From contig JAAXKN010000010.1 of NCBI GenBank assembly GCA_025612375.1, positions 53,794 to 117,793 on the forward strand: a stretch of DNA of 64,000 nucleotides, given 5' to 3'. Both the position numbers and the translations under genes were made by a program. Source of the stretch: Ignavibacteria bacterium (lineage in GTDB: Bacteria; Bacteroidota; Ignavibacteria; Ignavibacteriales; SURF-24). The notes beneath the pieces were generated by a model. It had not been told where the DNA came from, did no database searches, and saw only the letters and a list, made by a program, of their open reading frames with translations. Shown here in pieces: positions 54,801 through 64,000 of this stretch; positions within the stretch are counted from its first letter, which is position 1; each line of letters begins with the position of its first letter.

Positions 54801-56360
54801 TTACATGCCGCCAACTGTGATTTCAGATACCTTAACTGTCGGGAGTCCGACTCCAACAGGAACCGACTGCCCCTTGCCGCAGGTCCACATGCCGTCGGAA
54901 AACTTAAAGTCATTTCCGACCATTGTAACCTTAGTAAGGATGTCAGGCCCGTTGCCGATCAGGGTAAAGTTTTTAACCGGATAAGTCATCTTTCCCTCCT
55001 CGATCATAAAGGCCAGCGTGGGATTGAAAACAAAGTCGCCGTTTGAGATATCCACCTGTCCGCCCGAGAAGGTTTTGCAGTAGACGCCTTTCTTAATTGA
55101 GGATATAATCTCCCCGGGGTCTGTTGTGCCGTTTTCAAGGTATGTTACCGTCATTCTGGGAATCGGGTAATATTTGTAGGATTCCCTTCTGCCGTTTCCG
55201 GTCTGCTTAACCTTATAGTAGTTTGCGCTGATTCTGTCGTGCATGTAATCTTTTAGAATTCCTTTTTCAATCAGCGTTGTTTTATTGGAAGTCACAGCCT
55301 CGTCATCAAAGTTAATGCTTCCGCGGTCATTTGGAATTGTGCCGCCGTCGTAAACCGTACAGAGCTCCGAGGCCACTTTCTGCCCTACGCGTCCGGAATA
55401 GGCCGAAGTACCCTTCCTGTTGAAATCGGCTTCCAGGGGGTGTCCTATGGCCTCATGAAGGAGGATTCCTGAGTCTCCGGGCGAAAGCACTACAGGCATA
55501 GGGCCTGCAGGGGCGTTCTTTGCGGTTAAAAGAAGAAGCGCCTGCTCTACGGCTTCTTCGGCCAGCTTTGTGTGGCTTTTAACATTCTTGAAATACTCCA
55601 TTCCAATTCTGCCGCCGCCGCTCATGCGTCCCGACTGGCGTTTACCTTCCTCTTCGGCAATAACCGATACATTATAGCGCATAAGAGGCTGATAATCTTC
55701 CATAAGGACGTTTTCGCTGTTGGCTACAACAATAAAACGTTCAGAGTCCAGTATATTGGCGCTTACCTTTGTAATACGCTTGTCTTTCTGAAAAGCCGCA
55801 GTTTCGGATTCCTTGAGGAGTTTTATCTTCTCATCAAGCTCCACTTCGCTGAAAGGAAGGCTTATTTCATAATAATTCTTCACTTTCTGGTTTGTAACAT
55901 TGGCAGAAAAGCTTTTTCCCGCCTCATTTGCTATGTTTGCAGCCGTAAGAGCAGCATTCTTCAGGCTTTCAAATGTCATGTCTTCAGAATATGCATAGCC
56001 CGTCTGGTCCCCTTTTAAGACCCTGATTCCGATGCCGGAGGAGATATTCTTTGAAGCACTCTTAATTATCCTGTCTTCAAGAAAAATGCTGTTATTTATG
56101 CTGTAGTCGGCATACAGGTCGGCATAATCTCCCCCTTTTGAAAGGGCAACTGCAAGGAGTTTATTTATTGTAACGTTATCAAGGCCGCAGAGTGTCTTAA
56201 AAAACTCATAGGATGATGTCCTGCCCATAGCCTGGCCGGCAAACGCCCTGTCCAGCATAGGGTTTACAAGTGCCGCCCCCACAGCCAGTGTACCGGTGAT
56301 CTTCAGGAAATCCCTTCGGGAGATGCCCGGAATATTGTCGCTCATATTTGAAGCCTCCAA
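54801..56360 (-). CDS. tldD: TldD-family metalloprotease with twin-arginine (Tat) signal peptide
   Basis: 519 aa. SRRDFLKITGTLAVGAALV Tat motif. HEAIGHPLE zinc motif. GDFVF C-terminal motif. Confidence 0.9.
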   Translation of the reverse strand: MEASNMSDNIPGISRRDFLKITGTLAVGAALVNPMLDRAFAGQAMGRTSSYEFFKTLCGLDNVTINKLLAVALSKGGDYADLYADYSINNSIFLEDRIIKSASKNISSGIGIRVLKGDQTGYAYSEDMTFESLKNAALTAANIANEAGKSFSANVTNQKVKNYYEISLPFSEVELDEKIKLLKESETAAFQKDKRITKVSANILDSERFIVVANSENVLMEDYQPLMRYNVSVIAEEEGKRQSGRMSGGGRIGMEYFKNVKSHTKLAEEAVEQALLLLTAKNAPAGPMPVVLSPGDSGILLHEAIGHPLEADFNRKGTSAYSGRVGQKVASELCTVYDGGTIPNDRGSINFDDEAVTSNKTTLIEKGILKDYMHDRISANYYKVKQTGNGRRESYKYYPIPRMTVTYLENGTTDPGEIISSIKKGVYCKTFSGGQVDISNGDFVFNPTLAFMIEEGKMTYPVKNFTLIGNGPDILTKVTMVGNDFKFSDGMWTCGKGQSVPVGVGLPTVKVSEITVGGM

Positions 56361-56460
56361 ATGTGGAATGGATTAATAGCTAAAATTCAGATATGCAAGA
56401 TCATTGATATTTTCTGAATAATCAAGGAAAGAAATACGAATTTGTTAAGTGCGGTTAAAT

Positions 56461-56509
56461 AATGTTAAAGGCGGCTTACCTGTTCTGCAAACGGTAAAAA
56501 TAAGCCGCC
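56461..56509 (-). terminator. intrinsic terminator after the Ig-like lipoprotein gene
   Basis: GGCGGCTTA (56470..56478) pairs perfectly with TAAGCCGCC (56501..56509), with an inner TACC/GGTA extension. T-rich tract follows on the minus strand. Confidence 0.6.
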
Positions 56510-56532
56510 GGAAGTGCTCTAAAAATCTCTTT

Positions 56533-58230
56533 CTATTTGAAGTCGATGTTTACGTCTTCAACAGGCCAGCGCGCCCTCAGGTTCAGCGTATCCGGATAAA
56601 AAGTAAACCTGTCGGAGGGCTTAAACGGGAACGGTTTACCCGCATTATAGACTCCCGTACTGTCCCTGTTATCGAAACTCCAGATCTGATACTTGCCGGG
56701 AGTGACCTTATTAAAGTTAAAGTCTTTTTTCCGCCCAATGCGTTTTTTATAAACGGGCCTGTTTTTATCCACTCCCTGGAGCACAACAACCAGGTTGCTG
56801 CTCATCATATTTGAGTCAGGCCTGATGCTGCCGGAGACACCGGTATATTCCATGCCCGAACTGGTTGTAAATGTGAGCGTATAAACTGAATCTGTACTGT
56901 TGCCGGCGGCATCCATAATCTGCTTTAAGTCGACTTTTATCGAATATTTCAGCCTGGGCTTCAGTTCAGACATTACCTTCACCTTAAAGGATGCGTTATC
57001 ATCAAAGCTTACATCTACAGGGAGTTTATTGCCCGATTTGTCGATTGCGGAAATCCCTTTTTTTGCCTGAAGGGAGTCGAAGCCGTCATCAAAATAAAAA
57101 GTAAATTCAGGCTTTGATGTCTCTACCTCTCCTTCATTTGCTCCAGGCTTTGTCTGCAGAAGCCTTGGGGCAGAAGTGTCGGGTTTGGTACTGACAGTAA
57201 GTTTTACAAAATCATCCTTTGTAGTATTGCCGTGCCTGTCGGAAACTCTTTTGGCAAAAAGGTATATGTTGTCCTGCCCGCCCGGGGTTTCTTTTAATGC
57301 AAGCACCATTTCGTTGGCTTTAGCCCGTCCCTTAAAAGCATAAAGCGGTGAAAACTCTTTTTGTGTGGTGGAGTCATAAATGTAGAAGTTGCCAGCATTA
57401 ATAATAGTGCTGTCGAATTCCTCGCTTATGCCGATAAGAATATGATAGCGGTCCGTCATTGCCGCTGAAACGAGCCTCGGCTTTGCAGTATCCTCTTTTG
57501 AAAGGAAGTAATCCATGTTTCTGAAAACCGAATCTTTTCCTGATAAGGTAATATCCCTGTATGGCGCCCCAAAGAGGTCCTCGCCTACATTATAAATAAA
57601 ATCCCGGAATTCATCTTTTATTGCAAAAACCCTGTATGTGCCCTCAGCCATACCGAGGAGCCTGAATCTGCCGTCCTTGCCCGCCTGAGAGATATACTTG
57701 GGTTTTTCTTTCGAAGGGTTGATTTCAGCTCCGGTATTCTCATAGGCATAAAGCATTACTCCTGACGGGTCGTTAGTAACGACTTTTCCCTCAACCATCC
57801 CCTTGTCAATTTTATTTCCTGTTGAGAATGAGAAAGAATAAGCCTGCGCCATCCTGTTCCTGTTGTTTAAGTCCACAAGATCTGTTCCCAGTGTTACAAC
57901 ATAAGTCAGGCTGTCGCGGAGATGTTCAGGGAAGTTCACTCTTAAGGTTTTCCCGCTCCAGTCATATTCCAACTGTCCTTCCACGGCAGGAGAAATAAAT
58001 ATGGCATCCTGCGCTGAGCGCCTGTCCACGTACTCGGAAAAGTTAACTTCAAAGTAACCCTCATGGAAGCCTGTTGTACCGTTTTCCGGATATACAGAAA
58101 CAACTTCAGGAGGAGTCCTGTCTATGGGCCCACCTCCCGGTGCAAGCTGGTTTGCACAGCTTGCCAATAGAAGCGGCAGTACCGGTAAGATAAGAAGTTT
58201 TAGTATTTTTCTGCCTGTTTGTCCCGCCAT
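56533..58230 (-). CDS. lipoprotein with bacterial Ig-like (SbsA-type) domains
   Basis: Lipobox LLLASC. N-terminal DRTPPEVVSVYPENGTTG, typical of Big_5/SbsA Ig-like domains, with further repeats. Confidence 0.7.
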   Translation of the reverse strand: MAGQTGRKILKLLILPVLPLLLASCANQLAPGGGPIDRTPPEVVSVYPENGTTGFHEGYFEVNFSEYVDRRSAQDAIFISPAVEGQLEYDWSGKTLRVNFPEHLRDSLTYVVTLGTDLVDLNNRNRMAQAYSFSFSTGNKIDKGMVEGKVVTNDPSGVMLYAYENTGAEINPSKEKPKYISQAGKDGRFRLLGMAEGTYRVFAIKDEFRDFIYNVGEDLFGAPYRDITLSGKDSVFRNMDYFLSKEDTAKPRLVSAAMTDRYHILIGISEEFDSTIINAGNFYIYDSTTQKEFSPLYAFKGRAKANEMVLALKETPGGQDNIYLFAKRVSDRHGNTTKDDFVKLTVSTKPDTSAPRLLQTKPGANEGEVETSKPEFTFYFDDGFDSLQAKKGISAIDKSGNKLPVDVSFDDNASFKVKVMSELKPRLKYSIKVDLKQIMDAAGNSTDSVYTLTFTTSSGMEYTGVSGSIRPDSNMMSSNLVVVLQGVDKNRPVYKKRIGRKKDFNFNKVTPGKYQIWSFDNRDSTGVYNAGKPFPFKPSDRFTFYPDTLNLRARWPVEDVNIDFK

Positions 58231-59306
58231 TGTCTGTATGCTCTCACTAATTTTTGGTGTTCGGAAAATGATGAAGAAAACTTATGCCCGCCTGTTCCAT
58301 CGGCAACGAAGTACAAATAATTGTGCTTTGCCGGATAGAGTGCCGCCATAATTGCCGCCCTGCCCGGATTGCTTATTGGTCCGGGAGGCAGGCCGTAATA
58401 TAAATAAGTATTATAGCGCGAATCAAATAAGAGATCCTTATTATAAAGCCTTCTCCAGCGCCCGAGCAGTGCATACTGAACGGTCGGATCGGCCTGCAGT
58501 TTCATACCTGCCTTAAGACGGTTATAATAAACGCCTGCAATAACAGGATACTCGGAGGCTTTTGCCGACTCCCCTTCGACAATTGAAGCTATGGTAAGGA
58601 TCTCCCGCAGGTCGTATTTCATCCCTCTGAGGCGGTTTTTCAGGCTGTCTGTAAAAAACCTGTTAAACTCTCCCCTCAGGCGGCCGATTACCTGGCGCGC
58701 AGACGTCTTTTCATAAAAATAATAGGAGTCGGGCATTAAATACCCTTCCAGGCTCGGGGCGTCAATACCCAAAGAATCCAGGAAACGCCTGTTCTGGCAG
58801 AGTTTAACGACCTCCAGGCTGTCCTGCTGGAGCCTGTCTTTAAGTATATGCGCAAACTGGTAAATAGTAAAGCCTTCAGAGAAGGTAATAAGTGAAGAGA
58901 CCTCCCTTTTACCCGAGGTAAACAGTTCCATTAGGCCCACGTAGCTGAGCCCGTTTGGAATCTTATACCGACCGGACTTCAGGTTCCTCCCCCCGCCCAT
59001 GATAATTGCCGCAATCCGCATATTTGTCTTGCTTGGAATTATCCCCTTGGCGTAAAGTGAATCCAGTGTGTTGTTCAGAGTCATCCCATGCCTGATCTCA
59101 AAGGTAACAGGAGACTGCCACTTGTAGTAATTGGGCGAGAAAAAAGTATTAATAAGAATTGCCAGAGTAATAACAAAAGCTAACGCTACTATCATCAGCT
59201 CTTTTTTACTCAGCAGATCCTTAAATGACTTTTTTTTTTCTGAATTGGGAGAATTATTTTGCATTAATCTTTGATGACTCTGCTTTCTGAGTAGATCTGG
59301 ACTCAT
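58200..59306 (-). CDS. mltG: endolytic murein transglycosylase MltG (YceG-like)
   Basis: N-terminal TM. EGYLMPDSY, ASIVEGE and YNTYLYYGLPPGPISNPG motifs. Alternative start ATG 59264. Confidence 0.9.
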   Translation of the reverse strand: MSPDLLRKQSHQRLMQNNSPNSEKKKSFKDLLSKKELMIVALAFVITLAILINTFFSPNYYKWQSPVTFEIRHGMTLNNTLDSLYAKGIIPSKTNMRIAAIIMGGGRNLKSGRYKIPNGLSYVGLMELFTSGKREVSSLITFSEGFTIYQFAHILKDRLQQDSLEVVKLCQNRRFLDSLGIDAPSLEGYLMPDSYYFYEKTSARQVIGRLRGEFNRFFTDSLKNRLRGMKYDLREILTIASIVEGESAKASEYPVIAGVYYNRLKAGMKLQADPTVQYALLGRWRRLYNKDLLFDSRYNTYLYYGLPPGPISNPGRAAIMAALYPAKHNYLYFVADGTGGHKFSSSFSEHQKLVRAYRQWRDKQAEKY

Positions 59307-59592
59307 CCAGGATTCTTTCGTATATCCTGTCCAGTGATTCCCTGGAAAGCGGCCCTTTGTTAGATCTGTTTATTTTTTCTGAAACATCCCTTTCGCGATC
59401 CGGCGAATAGATCGGCTGCCCTAAGGAAATTTTAACTCTTCCTATTAAAACAGCCACGTCGGTACGCTTGTTTAGTATATATACTAAAATTTTGTCAAAT
59501 AAATCTATTCTTTTTCTGCATTTCCTGAGAAGAAGAAGCTTCTCTTCATCAGAAAGTTTATGGATATCCTCGTACTTTTTCACTGAAAGCAT
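59254..59592 (-). CDS. chorismate mutase (AroQ class, stand-alone)
   Basis: 112 aa. RKRIDLFDKILVYILNKR...PIYSPDRERDV...ILDESR pattern of AroQ helical-bundle mutases. Confidence 0.75.
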   Translation of the reverse strand: MLSVKKYEDIHKLSDEEKLLLLRKCRKRIDLFDKILVYILNKRTDVAVLIGRVKISLGQPIYSPDRERDVSEKINRSNKGPLSRESLDRIYERILDESRSTQKAESSKINAK

Positions 59593-59595
59593 ACT

Positions 59596-60612
59596 TTACC
59601 CGGCAAATGTGTTTGAAGGAAGTCCCGGGAAAGCATTATAATCCAGGGAATATTTATTACCATTCTGGAAAAGCCTCTGTCCCCGATAAGCTATCATTGC
59701 AGCGTTATCGCCGCAATAAATAAAGTCCGGGATCACGAGCTTTTTCCTGTACTTTGAAGCAGCCTCTGCCATAGCATCACGCAGTGCTTTATTTGCCGCC
59801 ACACCGCCAACAAGTGAAAGTGAGTTTACCTTATATTCCTTGAGCGCTTTTTCCACGTTCCTGACCAGAGCCTTAATTACGGCCCTCTGAAATGAAGCTG
59901 CAATGTCCGGCAGGTCCTCCTCAGGCACTTTTTTATCTTTGCCATATGTCTGCTGAAGATAGCGCAGAACCGCAGTCTTAAGCCCTGAAAAAGAAAAGTC
60001 GTATGGATTTTTCAGACTGGCTATAGGGAATTGTATTTTCTCGGGGTTTCCAAGTGAAGCAGATTTTTGTATCTTCGGACCCCCGGGATATCCCAGGCCC
60101 AGCATCTTGGCTACCTTGTCAAAAGCCTCCCCTGCCGCATCATCTACCGTCGTACCCAGCTTTATGATCTCTGTATCGCTTTTTACTATTAAAAGAAGCG
60201 TATGCCCTCCTGAGACCACAAGAGCCAGGTAAGGGAATTCCGGCTTTTCTTCCATTAAAAATCCGGAGAAAATATGCCCCTCAATGTGGTTTACCGGTAT
60301 AAACGGCTTATTTAATGAATAAGCCAGCGACTTGCCAAATGTAAGCCCTACCAGAAGAGCGCCTATGAGACCGGGCCCTGCAGTGGCACAGACAACATCA
60401 ACGTCATTTAAGCTTATGCCCGACTGCCTCAGTGAATCCTTTAGCAGCGGGATGATGATCTGTAAATGGGCGCGGCTCGAGAGCTCAGGAACCACGCCTC
60501 CATAATTTACATGAAAATCCTGTGAAGAAATTAAATTTGAAGTTAATTTACCGTCACGTATTACTGCAACCGAAGTTTCGTCGCAAGAACTTTCTATTCC
60601 TATTACATTCAT
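59596..60612 (-). CDS. tsaD: tRNA N6-adenosine threonylcarbamoyltransferase
   Basis: 338 aa. IGIESSCDETSVAV, VNHIEGH and SGGHT motifs. Confidence 0.95.
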   Translation of the reverse strand: MNVIGIESSCDETSVAVIRDGKLTSNLISSQDFHVNYGGVVPELSSRAHLQIIIPLLKDSLRQSGISLNDVDVVCATAGPGLIGALLVGLTFGKSLAYSLNKPFIPVNHIEGHIFSGFLMEEKPEFPYLALVVSGGHTLLLIVKSDTEIIKLGTTVDDAAGEAFDKVAKMLGLGYPGGPKIQKSASLGNPEKIQFPIASLKNPYDFSFSGLKTAVLRYLQQTYGKDKKVPEEDLPDIAASFQRAVIKALVRNVEKALKEYKVNSLSLVGGVAANKALRDAMAEAASKYRKKLVIPDFIYCGDNAAMIAYRGQRLFQNGNKYSLDYNAFPGLPSNTFAG

Positions 60613-61512
60613 TTATTTAAACATAAAAATACTTTTTGTAATGTACCATGCAACCTGCGGATTCTCTTTTAATCTTCTGATAGAATATTTGTACCATTGC
60701 TTGCCGAATGGTACATAGATCCTTATCTTATGCCCGGCTTCATTGATCTTATCCCTCAGGTCTTCCTTTACTCCGTAGAGCATTTGGAATTCATATTTAT
60801 CCTTCGGAACGTTCAACTCTTTTAAGAGCTTTAAGGCGCCGTTGACCAGGTAATCATCGTGAGTGGCAATACCCACGTAATTTCCGTCTTTAAGCATCGT
60901 TTTTAGTATTTCCAGGTAATTGTCCCTGATCTTCTGCTTATCCTTATAAGCTATTTCTTCGGGCTCGATATAGATACCCTTGCACAGTCTGTAATTTGTA
61001 CCTATTTTATTTAACAACTGAACGTCGCTTAAGGTTCTTTTTAAGTATGCCTGAACCACAACGCCAACGTTGTCAAATTTTTCTCTTAAACACTTGAGAA
61101 GCTCAAAAGTTGCATCCGTATACGGGGAATCTTCCATATCCAGACGCACGAAGTTATTCAGTTCCTTTGCTCTGGCAACAACTTCTGCTGTTTCCTTAAG
61201 CCCGTATTCCTTGTCCAGCGCAAGTCCGAGCTGTGTGGGTTTAACAGAAAGGTTTGCCATAAGATTATTGTCCTTAATGGCTTCAAGTACTTCCAGGCAT
61301 TCTTTTTTTGCCTGAAGGGCTTCGCTCTTTGTTTGAATAGCTTCGCCTAAAACATCCATGGTTGCATAAATTCCCCTGGAATTTAATTCCTTTACAACTC
61401 TGATTGCATCCTGAAGCGTATCGCCTGCAATGTAACGCTGGGCGAATATTTTTACAATGGGCTTCGGAAGAAGCTCAACAAATTTAACAATGGTATTGTT
61501 TAATGTTGACAC
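60613..61512 (-). CDS. proline dehydrogenase (monofunctional PRODH family)
   Basis: 299 aa. YIAGDTLQDAI, MDVLGE and RLCKGIY patterns. Its stop abuts the tsaD start. Confidence 0.85.
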   Translation of the reverse strand: MSTLNNTIVKFVELLPKPIVKIFAQRYIAGDTLQDAIRVVKELNSRGIYATMDVLGEAIQTKSEALQAKKECLEVLEAIKDNNLMANLSVKPTQLGLALDKEYGLKETAEVVARAKELNNFVRLDMEDSPYTDATFELLKCLREKFDNVGVVVQAYLKRTLSDVQLLNKIGTNYRLCKGIYIEPEEIAYKDKQKIRDNYLEILKTMLKDGNYVGIATHDDYLVNGALKLLKELNVPKDKYEFQMLYGVKEDLRDKINEAGHKIRIYVPFGKQWYKYSIRRLKENPQVAWYITKSIFMFK

Positions 61513-61949
61513 TGTAACTCCATTTTTTTGTTCAACAAATTTACTCTAAGACTTAGAATTAAGCAAACTCTTCTTTTCTGTATTTGCAGGGGGAAAAAAC
61601 GACAGGGACCTGTCATCCTCTTAGCTAATATAATGTACTTTTGACAATTGACATTTGAATTCTTTTATGTATATTATTGTAAGTCTCTGAACACATTTAT
61701 TTTGAATTTGGATTCGATATCGTTTATTCACGCCTGCTTACTTTTATAAGTGCCGCAAGGATAGAAGTTTGAGACCTGTTCTTTAATTTACCCATATAAG
61801 AAAATCTGATTTCAGGGAAAGACCTGACAACCCTGGTGTTATTAAATATTTTTACTTATTTAAGTGTAATTCTATATCTAATTAAACTCTTTAGGGATTA
61901 CTTTTTTTTAGTTTCCCGGTCTAATAACAATCAATTAATGGAGGTTCTA

Positions 61950-62510
61950 ATGAAATCAACTTTTAAGGTACTTGCTGCACTTTTAGTTATTATTATGCTG
62001 TCATCAATGACGACATCTGCACAGTCGGTTAACCCCTTCCAGAAAAACTCACAGGTTGGCCAGCTGGGTCTGGGTCTTGGAATGGCTGGTATTTACGGTA
62101 CGTCCAGCATGCCCCCCATCAGCGCGGGTTTCCAGTACGGCATTGACGACAAAATATCTGTCGGCGGACTTGTGGGCTATGCAAGTTCATCAGAAGACTG
62201 GGGAGGATGGGCAGGCGAGAACTGGTCATGGAAATATACCTATTTCCTCATTGCCGCAAGAGGCGAATACCACTTCCTGGAGAGCATTAAGAACCTGGAC
62301 GGTTATGCAGGCCTTACAGTTGGATATAATGTAGTCAGCGTTTCTACACCGTCAGATTACTTTGGACACGATTACAGCGCCTCTGGCAGCTATGCAGTAA
62401 TCGGTATTCACGGCGGCGTACGCTACTTCTTCAGCCCTAATTTTGCCGTCTTCGGTGAACTGGGTTACGGACTTGGCATTCTTACAGCTGGTATAGCTTA
62501 TAAATTCTAA
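61950..62510 (+). CDS. outer-membrane beta-barrel protein
   Basis: Start moved to ATG 61950 (GGAGG RBS, signal peptide MKSTFKVLAALLVIIMLSSMTTSAQ). C-terminal ...GIAYKF aromatic terminus. Confidence 0.75.
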   Translation: MKSTFKVLAALLVIIMLSSMTTSAQSVNPFQKNSQVGQLGLGLGMAGIYGTSSMPPISAGFQYGIDDKISVGGLVGYASSSEDWGGWAGENWSWKYTYFLIAARGEYHFLESIKNLDGYAGLTVGYNVVSVSTPSDYFGHDYSASGSYAVIGIHGGVRYFFSPNFAVFGELGYGLGILTAGIAYKF

Positions 62511-62529
62511 TAAAAGCGTTTTCTGCGCT

Positions 62530-62568
62530 AAAAGCCCTTTACATCACCTGTAAAGGGCTTTTCTGTTT
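62530..62568 (+). terminator. strong intrinsic terminator
   Basis: AAAAGCCCTTTACA (62530..62543) pairs perfectly with TGTAAAGGGCTTTT (62549..62562). 5-nt loop, T-rich tail. Confidence 0.9.
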
Positions 62569-62662
62569 ATTCACCTCAAAAAAGTCCCTGTTCCCAAATA
62601 AAGCTATTTACTTTCATCTTGAAGCTTTTAATATGTAATTAACAGACGGAAAAGGAGACAAA

Positions 62663-63310
62663 ATGAACAAGGTTACTACTGCTCTTATTTTCTTTGTACT
62701 TTTCTTTTCTTCATCAGTTTTTTCACAGGGCCGGAACCTTGAATACGGTTTCGGAGGCGGGCTGACCTACGTCCTGGGGCCCGGCGCTTATACAAACGAC
62801 ATCGATACCTCGGGAAATCTTGGCCTTAAATCGGGCTATCACCTCCAGGGGAAAATTAAATTCGGACTTCAGCCCATACCGGTTAAACTTACAGGAAGGC
62901 TCGCTTATACATCAATAAGCGGAAGCAAGAATAATGTGATCATAAACCCTACTACGGCAATTGACCTGGAATCGTCGACTAGCATTTTTACATTTGCCAT
63001 TGGAGCTGAATACCTGATTAACCCTGAATCTTCATTTTCACCATATGCCGACCTGGAACTTCAGATGAATGCCCAGGGAAAAACAAATTTCAGCAGGATT
63101 TTCCCTAATACCACACAGGAATTCTCCACCGACAGCCGTGCCAGATGGGGCCTTGGATTAGGAGCCGGAATTGACGTCGGAATCTTAAGTCAGCTGAACC
63201 TGGATGCGGGCATTAGAATCAACTTCGTCAACCTGTTCGGAAAGATGAGCAACGAGGACGGGTTTAATACTTTTACGCTTTCAGTAAACCTGCTATATCA
63301 CCCCAGGTAA
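62663..63310 (+). CDS. outer-membrane beta-barrel protein
   Basis: Signal peptide (FFVLFFSSSVFSQ). Alternating beta-strand pattern with Gly/aromatic girdles. GGAGA RBS. Confidence 0.7.
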   Translation: MNKVTTALIFFVLFFSSSVFSQGRNLEYGFGGGLTYVLGPGAYTNDIDTSGNLGLKSGYHLQGKIKFGLQPIPVKLTGRLAYTSISGSKNNVIINPTTAIDLESSTSIFTFAIGAEYLINPESSFSPYADLELQMNAQGKTNFSRIFPNTTQEFSTDSRARWGLGLGAGIDVGILSQLNLDAGIRINFVNLFGKMSNEDGFNTFTLSVNLLYHPR

Positions 63311-63355
63311 TGAGAGCCGGATGGTTTTGAAAGACAAACTGCATCTTTAAAAAGC

Positions 63356-63394
63356 AAAAAGCCATCGCTTTTAGACGATGGCTTTTCTTTTTTT
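63356..63394. terminator. bidirectional intrinsic terminator between the OMP gene and tRNA-Leu
   Basis: AAAAAGCCATCG...CGATGGCTTTT perfect stem (core 63361..63367 / 63376..63382). Flanked by an A-run and a T-run. Confidence 0.85.
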
Positions 63395-63397
63395 AAG

Positions 63398-63481
63398 TGC
63401 GGAAGAGGGGACTTGAACCCCTATGCCAGTTAAGGCACTACCCCCTCAAGATAGCGTGTATACCAATTTCACCACTTCCGC
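63398..63481 (-). tRNA. tRNA-Leu (anticodon GAG), type II
   Basis: Reverse complement folds as acceptor GCGGAAG/CTTCCGC, anticodon loop TTGAGGG, long variable arm, T-arm AGGGG-TTCAAGT-CCCCT, discriminator A. Confidence 0.93.
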
Positions 63482-63536
63482 ATTAGCAAGGTAAAAATAG
63501 GGTTTGATTACCAAAAAATCAACACTTTTTTTAAAA

Positions 63537-64000
63537 TTATTCTAAATTTCTTCTTCTTTCTTTAAAAATTATGTCTCTTAGTTCCTTTCGGAAGTTCCTT
63601 TCGAATACCATCAGCTTTGCAATCTGCCTTTGAGAAAGTATATCCCTCAGCGAACTGAAATATTCGTTCCGGGTCTTTGCAATATTCATATCGAGCGATT
63701 TTATATTTTCAACAAATTTCTTGTAAAACTGTTCATCCCTGACCGCGCCCCCCTCACTATTGAGTGCATTCTGAAGCTCGTCTAATTCATTGTTCTTCTG
63801 TAAATTCAGACCCGCGATTCTGTTCTGGAAATCCTTCCTGCGGGCAAAAAACTTAACCATGGTTGCCTCATCCAGGTTCAGCGCCTCCATGAGCTTTATT
63901 TTTTCCAGCTCATTTATCTTCTCATGCGCCTTTTGGGACATATGGTGCCCCTGCTGTGCATTAAGAGCAGTAAAAGATACCGCAAAGAAAATAAGGACAA
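63537..64000 (-). CDS. periplasmic Spy/CpxP-like (LTxxQ-type) protein, 5' end beyond the window
   Basis: The frame stays open upstream of ATG 63941 to the window end. It encodes a signal-peptide-like ...VLIFFAVSFTALNAQQGHH. The mature part is helical and charged, with an LSQRQ motif. Confidence 0.55.
   Translation of the reverse strand, partial: VLIFFAVSFTALNAQQGHHMSQKAHEKINELEKIKLMEALNLDEATMVKFFARRKDFQNRIAGLNLQKNNELDELQNALNSEGGAVRDEQFYKKFVENIKSLDMNIAKTRNEYFSSLRDILSQRQIAKLMVFERNFRKELRDIIFKERRRNLE

Noticed and set aside
1-64000. CRISPR arrays, tandem repeats, IS elements, prophage genes, toxin-antitoxin pairs and recognisable anti-phage systems.
   Set aside because: I saw no regularly spaced direct repeats in any intergenic region. 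No transposase, integrase, Cas or nuclease-type ORFs appear in the six-frame track. The only defence-reminiscent element is the HerA-like domain reported as a finding.

Overview
This window reads as a gene-dense chromosomal segment of a Gram-negative, non-cyanobacterial bacterium. Several markers point to the FCB group (Ignavibacteria, Caldithrix or Bacteroidota-like), but that placement is an inference from motifs, not a search result. The markers are a T9SS C-terminal sorting domain, a PEGA/DUF5683-type protein, GH92, Tat-exported TldD and many lipoproteins.

I support about 50 protein genes, two tRNA-Leu genes and a set of intrinsic-terminator hairpins. I found no transposase, integrase, phage gene, CRISPR array or long repeat.

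Most of the content concerns peptide and amino-acid scavenging plus anaerobic-type central metabolism:
- A complete cyanophycin locus (2258..7938, minus strand): cphA, an isoaspartyl dipeptidase and two cyanophycinase paralogs.
- An S15 X-Pro peptidase, an exported DPP III-like M49 peptidase and a TldD/PmbA pair.
- Proline dehydrogenase, and PFOR (nifJ) with a DHOD-like partner.
- Secreted glycan-degrading enzymes: GH92, and an (alpha/alpha)6 hydrolase with a CBM6-like module.
- Two ABC-F translation factors.

The best candidates for undescribed biology are:
- A HAD-IIB phosphatase fused to a HerA/FtsK-type P-loop ATPase, directly downstream of cphA (431..2140).
- A 1012-aa lipoprotein of unknown function with an amidase-like core and an FN3 domain (20068..23103).
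- A divergent NRAMP-like transporter that lacks the canonical metal-binding motifs, paired with a small DUF5335-like gene (29593..31294).
- A PFOR-linked DHOD-like protein that lacks the catalytic base.

All calls come from motif recognition by eye on the supplied translations and from manual hairpin inspection. I ran no database search, so family names are recollection-based assignments.
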